Positions 44,234 through 57,180 of a DNA stretch of 64,000 nucleotides are shown one piece after another. The position numbers and the translations under genes are program-made. Numbering within the stretch: the first letter of the stretch is position 1; each line of letters starts with the position of its first letter. The notes under the pieces are model-generated. The model searched no databases. It was not told where the DNA came from and saw nothing but the letters and a program-made list of their open reading frames with translations. This stretch comes from Tubulanus polymorphus (Eukaryota > Animalia > Nemertea): assembly GCF_964204645.1 (NCBI RefSeq), contig NC_134027.1, positions 3,008,485 through 3,072,484 of the forward strand, in the 5' to 3' direction.

Positions 44234-46972
44234 GATTGTTTTGTTCTAGATATCGGATCAAAAGTTTGAGCAAAGGTTTGATTTATTTATCAAGTCACGT
44301 CTTCTGAGTTGAGCAAAGTGTAAGATTTTAAGGTGTAATTGTTCACTTACGGTATGAACTGGCCGCCTGATATAAATGGCCAGTCTAGTTTTTATTTGTC
44401 TGTGATAATTGAATGTATATTTGTAAATTATGTTAGTAAATTACGATTGTTAAAAAAGGAATATCTCGTTTATCTCGTCATAGCTGAGATGGTCATTGTT
44501 TTGATGCCTAATCCAAATGACTAATGCTACTAGTAAATTGAATTGAAAATACAAATTGGGACTCGAGAATAGTTCTGACTTCAGTAATGAGACATCATAT
44601 CCATTGATGACTAATTATCTGAGTTTGACTGTAAATATATCTTAATGTGTGTAAAGTACCACTTGTACTCGTAATTGAGAAAGGTATGTGAATTCATGGG
44701 GAGTAAAAGTACACTAGAGAATGCATAGTTCGGATGTGCTAAACTCAGATATACACACATGTCTGTCAATCTCTGAAGTCCCAGTGCATTTTAGAATAAG
44801 ATGGTACAAAATATACGATTAAGTCAGATTTCATAAGGCGGACTCAGATAGAATATCTCTGTCCAATTAACAATTGTCATATATTTTCATGTTTCTAACT
44901 CAGATCAAAAATTCCAAGATCTGTCTTAACTGAATACATGTATTTAATGCATAGGTGGCACAACTTCAGTAATCATTATTGTCAGTAAAAGATAGAATAG
45001 ACAAGTTACTTTACACTGATTTATGATTCTCAAGCTATTGTCACGCGATTAGCAGGGTAGTAGTATATAATGTTGTGCGTGTAAAAACAGAACATTAAAT
45101 ACAATATGTTTAGATTGGAGAAAAAAAATAACGTCAATAATGTCAATCGTCCTCTTTGACCTTCAGATGCAGATGAATTTGACTGTAGTTCATGTGGGTT
45201 TGACATGACACTGTCATGGCTTACCATTACCCTGATAGGCTTGTAGTTGTCTTGCCTTCTGGCTGGCAGATTCGCACGCGCACATGCATCATATGAATTT
45301 GATTTTTGTCGCGCTATAAATCATAATTCTAAGAGAAATGTTCTATTATTCATAGAAATTATATGGTATTTATCACATTTAGGCTGCGTCCATTTACGTA
45401 CGAAAAACTTCTCTTACGAAAAATAGCAAGATCTTTTGTACATGTGTAACTGAGAATATGCACTCCAAGTCAAACCAGAAATCACGGTCCCAAGTGATCC
45501 AACTTATGCGTACTTTACTCTACATGTCTTACTGGTGCAGTGAACTTCGTTTTAAGTCGATGCTTTCTTAAGAAATAAATTGAATTTTACAAGGTCCTCA
45601 AATATAATTCATCGGTTTCAACGAATTTTGTCCCAAACAGGAGATTTTTAATCATTTCATACTGGATACAACATATTTTCTGGTCCCCTGAAGTTTGTTG
45701 CGACGAGTTTGACTGCACCAGTTGTGAAGAAGTCATATCCATAGTGCTTGGTGTAAACAGCTTCGTCCAGGATATATTCACTGTTTTTTGCTTAAAATAA
45801 AATAATATTGCCTAATGCCTAGAAAGAAAGAAGGTATTCACAGTAGTTATTTTGAATCATAGTCGATAAGCTGATAGCTTATGTAAATACCAGAAGCTAG
45901 CTTTCATCAACCGCAGAACAGAGCAACGATACGAGAATTATCTGATAGAATAATCATTTTATTTTATAAAAGATCTCACAACAATTATAAAAGTATTGTT
46001 TGTGTCAGAAATAACCTCGCAACAACATACAAAACAAAAGAAGCAGACTGCATTGAACTCTTCCAGGTGATCTTATTGTATGAAAACTCTTTCACAGTCG
46101 ACTTCTTTTTGGCAAACATCAATCAACTCAAAAATGACAAGGTCTCGTGTATGACATTAGATGATATAAAACATAGTTATCATTTATTACAAAACTTGCA
46201 TATAATACTACATTTATACAATACTACAATGTTACACTATTATACTGTCAGACATGGCGATTATTTTGTGGTGGTTGAGTTGTGTGAAACGACACAAAAA
46301 GTAACATTCAAGCATCCTGGTTATGTCAACATGATGAGACATGTTGTATTCATTATAAATGATAATCATAAATTAATTTCTCAAACTATTTCTCATGACA
46401 ATCGAATATTATACCGAACATGATATATTTGCATCAACAACATTTGAGTACTTTAGTATGTCTGATCGTTTTAAATGACTTTTAAAATTATTCCTTTTCA
46501 ATTTTTTAACGGTGTGAGCACAATTCAACATATGACTTGGAGCGAAACATACATGTATAATGAAGTTTATTAGGTGAAGCAGTGACTTAAATACGATCAA
46601 GTGATTTCATAACCATAATCACATCAATACCTATATCATATACCGGTAATAGTCAATGAAGAAAAAAAAACATTAAAAATCTGAAAAATTTAACAGATCA
46701 GTAATAACTTGAAAAACTGTGAGTAGAAACAAACAGAACTAATGAATAACTTTTTTTACACGGATTTCAATCCTTTAGAAAAATGCCATCATTTTTGCTC
46801 GATTTCATTTCAATTAGAATATGATATCAGACAATCAGTAATTGTTTGAATTTGTACCATAGAAAATGAGTTTGAAATGCAGATCAGAAAGAACTATAAA
46901 TCCTGCAATGAATCATGGCAGTTACTTAGACCGGGAATGACCAGATAGATAGTTTGATTCCAATATTTCCTT

Positions 46973-49900
46973 TCACTCTTTCTTGATGTGATCAGAAGGT
47001 TTGTCAGTTATTGCGTTTTGGTTACCGGTATCACCACCTGAAATTAATAGAAAAAAATGAAGAACTTGATTAAGACAAAGAGTGTAGTGAAAAAAGCCCG
47101 AGAAGAATCGTTACAAACCTTCGATTGGCTGTTCAACTTCTTCATCTTCATCTTCTGGTCCATCGTACGGTTCCATACAACACAATCCATAACAAACTAC
47201 GCTAATTATCGCTGTCGGTATACAAAACATGATGAAAAACAACAATCTTGATTCCGACCAAATACCCTGAAAATAGCAACGAATTATTGAAACATCCCAG
47301 TTTAAACTATAAGATTAAAACCCACTATATACAGATCTGAAGGATTGAAAATTTATTTATCGAGAAATAAAATCAAAAGACTCAATGTTTCGAACTTTCT
47401 GTAGAGACCACCATCATCATTGTCACACCTGACTATGTACAGAGGGAGTCCAAAATGTTGATCTTTGATGAATTGATTTTGCTTTCAATCTTCTGAATCT
47501 TTATGTCAAGGTTTCAATCTTATTATGTATTCTCAACATCTACATGTGAGGCTGTTATAGCAGTAAAACCTCTATAGTAAACGCCTACAGGACCGAGCAA
47601 AAAGTGTCCACTATTGAGGTGTTCACCATAAGGAGGGTCAGGCCATGATGGGACATAGGTCGACACCTAATATCGCCCTATGAATCCACAACTGCAGACA
47701 AAGCCAAATATTGAATTATCTAAATTAAGACTATAACACGCTTTCATCTAAGTATAATGACTAATCTAGTCAATTATACATGACCACTCTTCACTACAGA
47801 AGCGATAAAGGGCCTTGAGATGTCGCGTTCCAACTCGACAAGTCGCCATATTTATGTCGATATATCGTGATATATCACGTCAAGTCGACATGAATATGTC
47901 GATATATCGTGACGTTTTGACGACATATTTCGTTTTCACGACCACTTTCCTCGCGACAAGTCGACATATTCATGACGACTTACAACTCAGTCGTCATATC
48001 ACTGGTGTCCTCATCTTACATTTAGACATGTCTTCAAATGACGACTTGTCCTGTGGAAAATGGGCAAAAAAGCGAAATTTGTCGTGAAAACGTCACGATA
48101 TGTCGACATATTCATGTCGACTTGACGCGATATATCGCGATATATCGACATAAATATGGCGACTTGTTGAGTTTGAACGCGACAACTCGAGGCACTTTAT
48201 CGCTTCCGTACTTCAATGTAGGGAGGTAAATTGAACCTTCTGTTACAGAAACAATGTTCACTCTTCACTATAGAGAGGTGTTCACATTATAAGGAGGTAA
48301 TGATGTATGTATTTTTAGATAGGAAAATTTTGGAACCGGCAAAAGGTGTTCACTAAGGTAGGATGAGGTGTTCGCTATAGTGAGGTGTTCACTAAGAGAG
48401 GTTTTAATGTATTGTGTATTACGAATGAACTATCAATTTCCATCAAAGAAAATGAAGAGAAACTTACAGCAACAGTAGTTATAATATCATAAAATACACG
48501 CTTCAAACGTTGTAAGACACCAGTTCCACCGTAAGCCTGTAATATATTCATAAATCGGTGAAATACCTTCCACTAGTTTGTATTATTATTAAATACCAAA
48601 TGAGCTTCCACTAGACTTACAGGAATCTTTTCGCTTTTTATGTCTTCTAAGAATTTTTCGAGCTCGGGTAAAGTCATGTTTTCAATCGGCATTTCTGATA
48701 GATAGTAATATTGAGTATCTGTATTGAGTACTAGTAGATTAGGTGTAGCCATTGTAGACATTGTTATTGAATTTACAGTTTCTGTATCATCCATCCATGC
48801 AAACTGGTAATCACTGAAAATTCATAGTAACTCATAATCAATTGTCCTCTCTTGTCAAATGAGGTAAAATGAGCGAATACTTCGGGATCTATAGCGACAA
48901 ATCTGCTACTTGCGCGCTACAAGGGTAGAAATTATTAAGCAATACTTACTCGTGGTACTTTTCACGTTTCTGTTTAGCTAAAATGTCTAGCATTTCTTTG
49001 CATCTGAAAAAAAAGTAACCAAAACAAGTTGTTACATATTATGTATGCTGTATGTCTAGTTTAGTTAGGAGTTAATTATAGTTAATATACCCTTCAGACT
49101 TTTGAGTACTTTCATTCCAAAATGAAGATATACAAGGAACCGTTTGTTATCGAGATTAGAAGCTGCAGCCAATTATCCCGATATTCACGCGTATGTTCAA
49201 ATTTCATATCGATTTTTGTACGCGATCAAATGTCTTTATTTCTATTGGCTGCGTATTTTCTGGTTGCCCGATGTTGTAGATATAACGGCAAACGAGAAAA
49301 AATAAAGAGCCAGCAGTCATAGCATCGAGTAACTATTGATTACCATCGTGAAGTGAGCGTGAATGCGGGTGGTATAATCTAGAAGAATCCTGATCAGACC
49401 AGTAACAAATGATGCAATTTATTGCGGGGTGAAATAAAACGCTATATACGTCTGTGATATATTAGCAGAGCAAATACTTGAATGTTGTATATACAGACTA
49501 TGATTTAATTCAATTGAACGTGTATTTCTCTAGATAGGACCACACATCTATAATTGAAATGATGTTGAAGAATGGTCAGACCTGATTATCCGTGTTATCT
49601 TAGTTGTATAAAAAAAAAACGATTTTGATAGGAGACAAAAAAATTTAAAATTGAGCAGTGCACCGAACCAGACCAGACGCGATGAAACTGTTTTATCTTA
49701 TAAAACTCTGCATGTTTTCTCATTTAATCTCGGCTGGAACGAAAGAAGGTTAAAAACCAGGAATTTTTCTCATGATTAGCTGCATCAAATATTACGTATC
49801 TGCAGCGCGATAAAAAACTCGATGCCACACGAGCAGCAATTGGGCAATCGTTTTCAGTAAATGAAATATCATCACTATATTCATCATAATACAGGCAATT

Positions 49901-52900
49901 ATCAAATAGTGTTACATTTTTAGGTGATAAATTGTGGTGAATTATGAGGATATGAGGATAATAACCTAGCAAATAGATCAATTCTAATGAATACTGTCGT
50001 CACTCAATATTTTACACTAGGATGAATAGATGTTCCAGTATTTTCATCCCACTGGTGCATACTTTTAGAAACTACCTGCACCTTATGATATATTATATCA
50101 TGAATTCACGTTAAAAATATGGGGTGATCTAATTTATCAAACTAAATATGTAAGATCATATTATGACTGTTATGCAGTCAGGTAAAGCTTACAGGTTTTC
50201 TCGTATTTAGATAATAAAATATACGCAAGTCGTGGCCATTTTTTCTTTGGATGAAAAATATTTACATAATTATACATTGAATATCTTGACAAAACAAACT
50301 TCATTCGCACACATTCCGGAAACTCTACGATCTGAGAATTCTGCTGAAGATATACTTCAGAACCGACACTATATGTTTAGACAATTGAAAGTGTATTCAT
50401 CGAAATGTTTAGTTTAGTAAGTCATCTACAATTATTACGGCAGCGTTGTTCAATATAAAAAAAACTCCGACCTCTCCCAGCAACAATCAATTAAACTTAA
50501 AAGAAAAATTGGATCAACATTCGATCAAATATAACCCGATTCTTTAAAGGCGCACAATTTAATATCGCTCGTCCCTAGATGAACAACGATGAAGACCAAT
50601 CATGTTTCATCAATTATTTGAATGATATCATAAACGCTTGTGCGATGAGCGATCCGGTGCGCGCTCCACTCATTCAGCAGTTTGTGATATTGTAGACAAG
50701 ACACGGAAAGAGTTCACTACAGTCGGAGCAACATTAGTAATTGTTCAAGTGCCAACTTATAAACATGGTTGCGAGCGGGATATGTTTGATTCGGATTATT
50801 TTACCGAACTTTTTTATAAGACGATGTTATCTAGTTTTATTACTGGTACTAATCAACTGTTTGGTGACTGAGATTCACGCGAACTATCCGTGGTACTACG
50901 GAGCTGAACAGTATTACCGTAAAAAAGCGAAAGTCTCGACGAAAAAGTGCTCGTATTCGCTGGTTATAAACGAAGTTAAAGCCCAAGATTGTCCGCAGAT
51001 TATGCAGAAACTGCAGCCTCACACGAGGCACAGCGACATCGTATCAGACAATATCAACTACAACGACGAAATCATGCAAAAACTTAAAAAACTCAATCAT
51101 CTCGAGAAAAAGTTATTCTCCGCCGAAAAACGAATGGAGACCACGGAAGCTTTGCTCAAAGCGAAACTGATGAATGCGTCGAAGCAAGGCATTCGCATGA
51201 AAAACATGGAGAAAAAGATGCAGAAATATCAACAAATGCTTCGTAATATGGAACAGAAAATGCTGGAAGTGATGGTGAACGTCGGGGAGGTGAATATAAT
51301 GCTCGATAAGAGATTACCAACAAGAGGACATTTACACTCGAAGAAAATAGATGTCGAATCTGCACCAAAAGTGAGGAAATGTCAAGGGATAGGAGCTAAC
51401 TATACCAATCTCAAAGGTGCGTACGATATCAACTATGAAATAATGAGGCACAATAACCTTAACTGAATATATGACTAATAAATGCCTTCCTAATAGCCGT
51501 CAAATCAGATTTAATCATAGACAAACAGTTAGTCTTTTTAGTGATAATTTGTTTCCATCTTGACATAAATCTATATTGACTCAACCTAGTAATTACGGCT
51601 ATCAAATTGTTTGGGGGGATTTTTATCTTATCTTTCTCAATTTCCCAAAAGAATCTAAACCAGAGATTTGATAGCGGTGAATATATGATCATTTTTAATC
51701 CATGTCATCTTTTAAAGTTGGCTTATAACTAAAAAGAGTTCATTCAATGTTAGACAGATAAGTTCATTGTTCTATGTGACATTTCGATCATAAAAATTAA
51801 TTAATTTCATATGTAGTGTTTATCATTGGCATTAGAGTCATCCCAGACGATTATACTACTATTATCATGTCTGAGTGCCATAATGAATGAAAATGATATA
51901 TGCAGCCATAAAAATGCGATGCGATGCGAAAAGAATTCCGAACATACAGCATAGATGAACTTCAAAATTCATGATTACAATAACATTTTCATATCTGAGC
52001 TGAAAACAAATGTTTTATCTTCTGCGCATTTTTCCCTTTGCACAATTTCCTTTCATGCCCAGAAATGGTTAGAACTTGTAAATAGCTGTGGTCACCCAGT
52101 TATTCTCATTCTCCACTCTTAATTAATTCCAGTCCAAATAAAAAGCTCATAATCCGAACACCAGCTGAAATAGATTATTACAACCTGCGTACTAGAATAT
52201 TATCCTACCATTTAATAATCCACCCCGAACAAAACATCGATGACGTTTGTCAATTATTTCAATAATTCTAATAACCAATTGACATTTTGAGGTCACGATA
52301 AACTACATCCAGAAATCCGTCTGTCTGTGAAATGCTCATCATTAAAGCAACGCTCAAATAGGATTCGCTCTATGGTTACATCAAGCGATTTTTAAACAAT
52401 ACACAAGCGAAATCGGAAGTTGTTCATCTGTTAGTGATTAAAATTGATCTTCAAGCTGTTTCGAAAAGGATTCATGTCATACATATATGATTGTTTCATA
52501 TCAACATACCCCCAATCCCACGGGCTTAGCCAGCATGCAGCCAGGCCTAAACTTTTTGTGTCAAGTCATCATTTTAAAAACCTTTAATTCAAATCCATAA
52601 ATTTGCTGGAAGAGTTTACGAGTGTAACTCAATCACTCCTAAATCAACTCTTTTATTTTCTATTGTGTTTTTAAGTGATGTTGAAATAATAGTGGCTTGT
52701 ATTTTGACATTTTCGTGCGAACAAATTTTAAAATCCTGGCTTCGCCGCTGAGTAAAAAATACAAGTAATAACTTTTGACTAATCAGGCCGGGTCCCTACA
52801 GATAGATCAGTCATTCTTGGATATAAGGAGTTTTAAGGAGAAAATCTCAAATTTCGAGTAAGCAAAAAGAGTCAAAAGTTAAATGAGTTTCAAGCATCAT

Positions 52901-55900
52901 TAAAGCATTTTCCGTTTAGAAGTCGTCGGGACCTTGCTAATGAGAAAAATCATTATATACTTTCAGACTGTCAACAGGCGTTTCTGCGCGGCCATCGTGA
53001 AAGTGGAGTTTACTATATAACACCTTTATACGCGGCGTGCCCGATACCTGTGTGGTGCGATATGGAAACGCCCGGTGGTGGCTGGACGGTACTCAGTCGT
53101 CGGATGGACGGTTCGTGTAGTTTCTTCCACGACTGGAAAACGTATCGCAACGGTTTCTGCGACATCACTCGCGAATTCTGGCTCGGTAACGATAACATCT
53201 TCCTTCTATCGCAACAAGACAATTATAGACTACGCGTCGACCTTTGGGATTTTAAAGGCAGTCGAGTGTACGCCGAGTACGAGGTGTTCTACATCGACGG
53301 CGAACGAGATAACTATAGATTACACGTGGGCAATTATTCCGGCACAGCGGGAGACGCCTTCGCTAAACACAACAATATCCAGTTCAGTACGGCAGATAGG
53401 GATAACGATGCTTGGGATGGATATCATTGCGCTAAAGAGTGGCACGCCGGTTGGTGGTACAATAACTGCTGGTTCGCGTATCTCACCGGACCGTATTTCA
53501 ACCACACGGATGTGGAATTCCGAGGAATCTCTTGGAACGAATGGAAACACGAACAGTTAATGAAAGCCGAAATGAAGATCACGCCGATTTTAAGCTTCAA
53601 GATTAAACCCTAAATTGATGTTTAAATCGTTCCGATCCAAAATTAAATACAGTCGAACCCGCTTTATTTGGATCGGTTTAATCTCATTAAACGGATTAAT
53701 TCGATCGGTCTAAAATGATCCGAGTTAAGCGCGTTTGACTGTAGCTGGAGTTAATGTAATGTGTAAACTTGTTTCTTCCTACCTGCTATTGACCTGTTTA
53801 TCGTCATTTTGTTTCTCAGTTATAGCCAGAATAACGAGCAGTTTTTTCGTTCTACCGAGGTCGTTGATATGGGCGCCACCGATACGAGGAAATGCGGTAA
53901 ATCTTTCCTTATTGATCCATTGTTCCAGATCTTTCCTCGATCCTTCTCCCCATTCAGCTGAAAATCAAAATATCATGGTTCCCAGGGTTACAATAATGAA
54001 TTCAAAATGCCCAAGTATTTCACTGGGGGTTTTTCAATTTTCTCAAATTGAAATGGAGCCTTCATGAAATGGACAGATGCTATTATACTACAGGGACGTC
54101 AACATTCTATTGGTGATTGGTTGATAAATCGCTGAACAGTTGCCCATGGCAAATACTTGAAATATTTCTCAGATTAGAGGAAACTCAACAAAATTCCCAA
54201 ATATTTCAACGCAGGAAATATCATTTAGTTTTTCCTGATTTCCTGGTACTGTGCATCAAGTGTGAGAATCCCGGAAACATTCCCTTAAACAACTTTTCGC
54301 ATGTCTCTTTACTGTTTTTAATATCGTATAGAAAATAGAAAGTAACTTACATTGAAATGAATAATGAGTTGCGTCTTTAAACACTACAACAGCAGGGACG
54401 TGAGATGGACGGAATTCCTATAACATAACACAAAAGATATTAACTCACATTAGACTTTTTTTTAATAACTAGCCCAATGGAAGGTTTTGAACCATAAATG
54501 AAAAAAAAGTTTTTTCAATTTTTATTTATATTTCAGGCATTTTTCTGGTGCTACAGGTCAGAAATCTGTTTTTTATTTCTTTAATTTTCTTCCCTTTTCC
54601 CCGAGAACTATGGCTGTTAATCTGTCATCCGAACTAATGAAAAAGCATTGTATTGTACCATCCAAACACAATTCCAATGCATTTGCATCAATTTTACATA
54701 AAGTCTAACCACAGGAATAAAAGAACTTTCCTTAATTCATTATCATCAATCTTGAAAAAAAAATTTCAAAATTAATTCTCACAAACCCGATGAAAGTACT
54801 TACTTCTGGAAGAATTTTTTCAGATCCAGCATAAAAGTAACTGTGTACAATATATTGTTCCGCTAAACTCTTGAATTTAGTCTAAATTTAGAATAGAGAA
54901 GGTTTTATATTACAAGATAATCAATGTCTGCAACATTGACAAATGACAATCTAACACATGAATCGTAATTCTATCTAAACACAATAGATGGCAGCACGCT
55001 TCTATACATCACAGAAATATGATTTTCTTTGAAGACTGCAAAAACTGTGAACAAATCAATAACGTCAGCAGCCCTGTATACATAGGCCTATATATGACTT
55101 TCAAGAAATATTACAAACAATCAATACTCACATATATATCTCCATACGGATCAGTAATATCACCAGCGAATAGGAAAAACACAGAATCACTGTGAAGACT
55201 TCGAACTTCATTGAATTTACCCAAACTCGTTAACTCACGAACAGCAGGTCTGCAAAATTATCACAATATTTTGGAAACTGATTGAAAACTCACTTTAAAT
55301 CCCTGGGGTCAGTATCACAATCATGGCTAAGACTTAAGACTAGTCTAAGATCATCTTAGTTCTATACAGACTAACGACCTAAAACTAGTCTTTAAGATTT
55401 AATACGACCACTTTAGCTAAACTGGGTCCAAAACTGATAAAGATAAATCAACGTACCCATCAGCTCTTTTAGTAAATGCAATCATATCTTCTTGAGTTCG
55501 TTCTCCTGAATGTGTATAATGCTTCTCACCTTTTATACTTCAAAAACAGAAATGTATATTTCCTATAGATAATAGTCTTCTGATAATCAGTGCGATCTTT
55601 CTAGAAATTAACTTACAATTTAATGGTTGGAAACCCTTTCACATCAAATTGTGTAGCAGCATTTTGATATTTGGTGCTGTCAATTTTCGCGACTGTAATA
55701 GGCGTATTTTTGAATGCCATGCCGACTCGGTGAAAAACTGGTGCCATTTTCCTGCAATGTCCGCACCACGGCGCATAGAACTACAAAACAGGTTTTATTG
55801 TTGTTTAGCATCAAAATTCAAAATTTTGTTGCATTATAGTAGTATTAGTAGATATAATTCAAGCCATATTCGGCGATAAATGAACAACTCACCATAACAA

Positions 55901-56240
55901 GGTAAGGATCATTTCCTCTTTTGGTTAAAAAGCTGAATAAAAACGAAAGAAATCGAAGAACTATCAAGTGAACTGAATATTATATTCCATTCGATTAAAA
56001 TTTGAGAACTGTCAAATTTAATAAAATATATTGAAATTTGATTCATCTTCGATTCGACACTTACTCATCTGATAATTCTTTCACAGCTTGAGATGCAACC
56101 AATCCGAGGAAACCTAGAAAACAATCACAATCGTCCGATTATTTCAATACGTTCAATACTATAATCACGGATAGAAATACATTGTAAAACAAATATTTAC
56201 CGGCAAGAAAGGAGATGACATATAATTTTCGGGCAGCCAT
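46973..56240 (-). CDS. TMX3: Thioredoxin-related transmembrane protein 3 (protein disulfide-isomerase TMX3), about 446 aa
   Basis: 14 exons: 56240-56201, 56113-56065, 55932-55893, 55780-55617, 55537-55457, 55249-55132, 54881-54804, 54417-54351, 53957-53783, 49003-48950, 48813-48621, 48536-48468, 47266-47119, 47037-46973. Signal peptide; FYAPWCGHC..KGFPTIKF; WINKERF; GGTGVLQRLKRVFYD; TM FIMFCIPTAIISVVCYG; acidic tail ending HIKKE*. Most exons are missing from the ORF track. Confidence 0.93.
47311..47521. repeat. Degenerate inverted repeat with hammerhead-like remnants on both arms
   Basis: The arms align in inverted orientation around about 47425; the minus strand of the left arm reads aTGATGAtgg...agttcGAAAcattg. 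Confidence 0.5.
47561..48409. mobile_element. Tc1/mariner-pogo-type non-autonomous element (host of a nested palindromic MITE)
   Basis: Ends cagtaaaacctctatagt / actaagagaggttttaatg followed by TA; internal repeats of gaggtgttcac. Confidence 0.65.
47797..48208. mobile_element. Long-TIR palindromic MITE with TA TSD
   Basis: About 140-bp near-perfect TIRs (cagaagcgataaag... / ...ctttatcgcttccg) flanked by TA on both sides. Confidence 0.85.
50765..53613 (+). CDS. Secreted fibrinogen-related domain protein (angiopoietin-like architecture: signal peptide, coiled coil, FReD), about 432 aa, nested antisense in TMX3 intron 9
   Basis: Exons 50765-51416 and 52967-53613 (phase-1 GT-AG intron). Hydrophobic leader; CSYSLVINE..C motif; coiled coil; FReD DCQQAF..SGVYYI..VWCDMETPGGGWTV..W..YRNGF..EFWLGND..FSTADRDND..GWWYNNC. 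Confidence 0.92.
53650..53741. mobile_element. Short Tc1/mariner-pogo-type MITE with TA TSD
   Basis: ta|cagtcgaacccgctt...aagcgcgtttgactg|ta; degraded relative at about 41829-41950. Confidence 0.7.
55303..55430. mobile_element. Diverged copy of the 4297-4434 MITE family in a TMX3 intron
   Basis: ggggtcagtatcacaatcatggctaagacttaagactagtctaagat... resembles the reverse complement of 4297-4434. Confidence 0.6.
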
Positions 56241-56447
56241 TTTGAGGGGAATAATTGACGCTACAGTAGCATGTCAGTGTGGAAATTCCTGATTGGACAA
56301 ATATAAAATCCAAATATTTCGGCATTTCTTTCACAGGATATTTGTAACAAAAATATATCATTTTTTCTAGTTGAGATTATATATCTTTCTTACGTTGCAA
56401 ACGTGTTCATTAGTTATATAGTCAAGTGCTGCAACAACCAGATCAAG
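56241..56447. promoter_or_regulatory. Compact bidirectional promoter region between TMX3 and PFDN4
   Basis: Divergent ATGs at 56240 (-) and 56448 (+); CCAAT box (gattgg) at 56291. Confidence 0.6.
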
Positions 56448-57180
56448 ATGGCCGCCGTTGCTCAGAAAAACAAGGTTTGTTGCTTTAATTCGATGAATCT
56501 TGATCAAATGTTTCACAGAATTTATATCAAAGTTTGTTAGAAATAATATATTTTATATATTCTATCAAGCTATTCTATTCGAAATTATTTCCATTGTATG
56601 GTACCCTAAGTGTGAAGGGATTTGTTCGTTTATTGACTTGATAGGTGGCAGCACCTGACAGTCTGAATCCACATTCGGGATAGTTAATCGCCCTCTAAAT
56701 TTTGTATTCTAGGATTCTGAAATCCATGTAACTTTTGAGGATCAACAGCATATCAACAAGTTTGCACGACACAATGCAAAATTACAAGACCTGAAGGATG
56801 AACTGGAAGCTAAAAAGGTTTGTTCGAATTAAATCACTATATGAAAAAAACCCTGAATAAAAATATTTTCTACATCATTTGTCATTGAGAAAAATTATTT
56901 ATTTTAGAAAGAAATGCAAAATCTTGATGACGCAGGTGATGATTTATTGATGGTTGATGATGAATCGGCCCCGATACCTTATATGGTCGGTGAAGTGTTC
57001 GTCTGCATGAATATGGAAGAAACGAATAAAATGTTGGAAAACGCTAAAGAAAATGTGCAGAAAGAGATCAAAAATATAGAAAAACTGTGCGACGATCACA
57101 AACACACTTTATCAGATTTGAAAATAAAACTTTACGCCAAATTCGGAACGAGTATTAATTTAGAGAACGAAGAGGAGTAA
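56448..57180 (+). CDS. PFDN4: Prefoldin subunit 4, 134 aa
   Basis: Exons 56448-56474, 56713-56817, 56908-57180; VTFEDQQHINKFARHN...IPYMVGEVF...LKIKLYAKFGTSINLE. Confidence 0.96.

Noticed and set aside
45587-45781. 64-aa minus-strand ORF
   Set aside because: Overlaps a MITE-like end (gagtttgactg); no recognisable protein motif or splice context.
47815-48229. 90-aa and 63-aa ORFs
   Set aside because: Lie within the palindromic MITE.
53075-53560. 161-aa alternative-frame ORF and antisense ORFs
   Set aside because: Shadows of the FReD exon.
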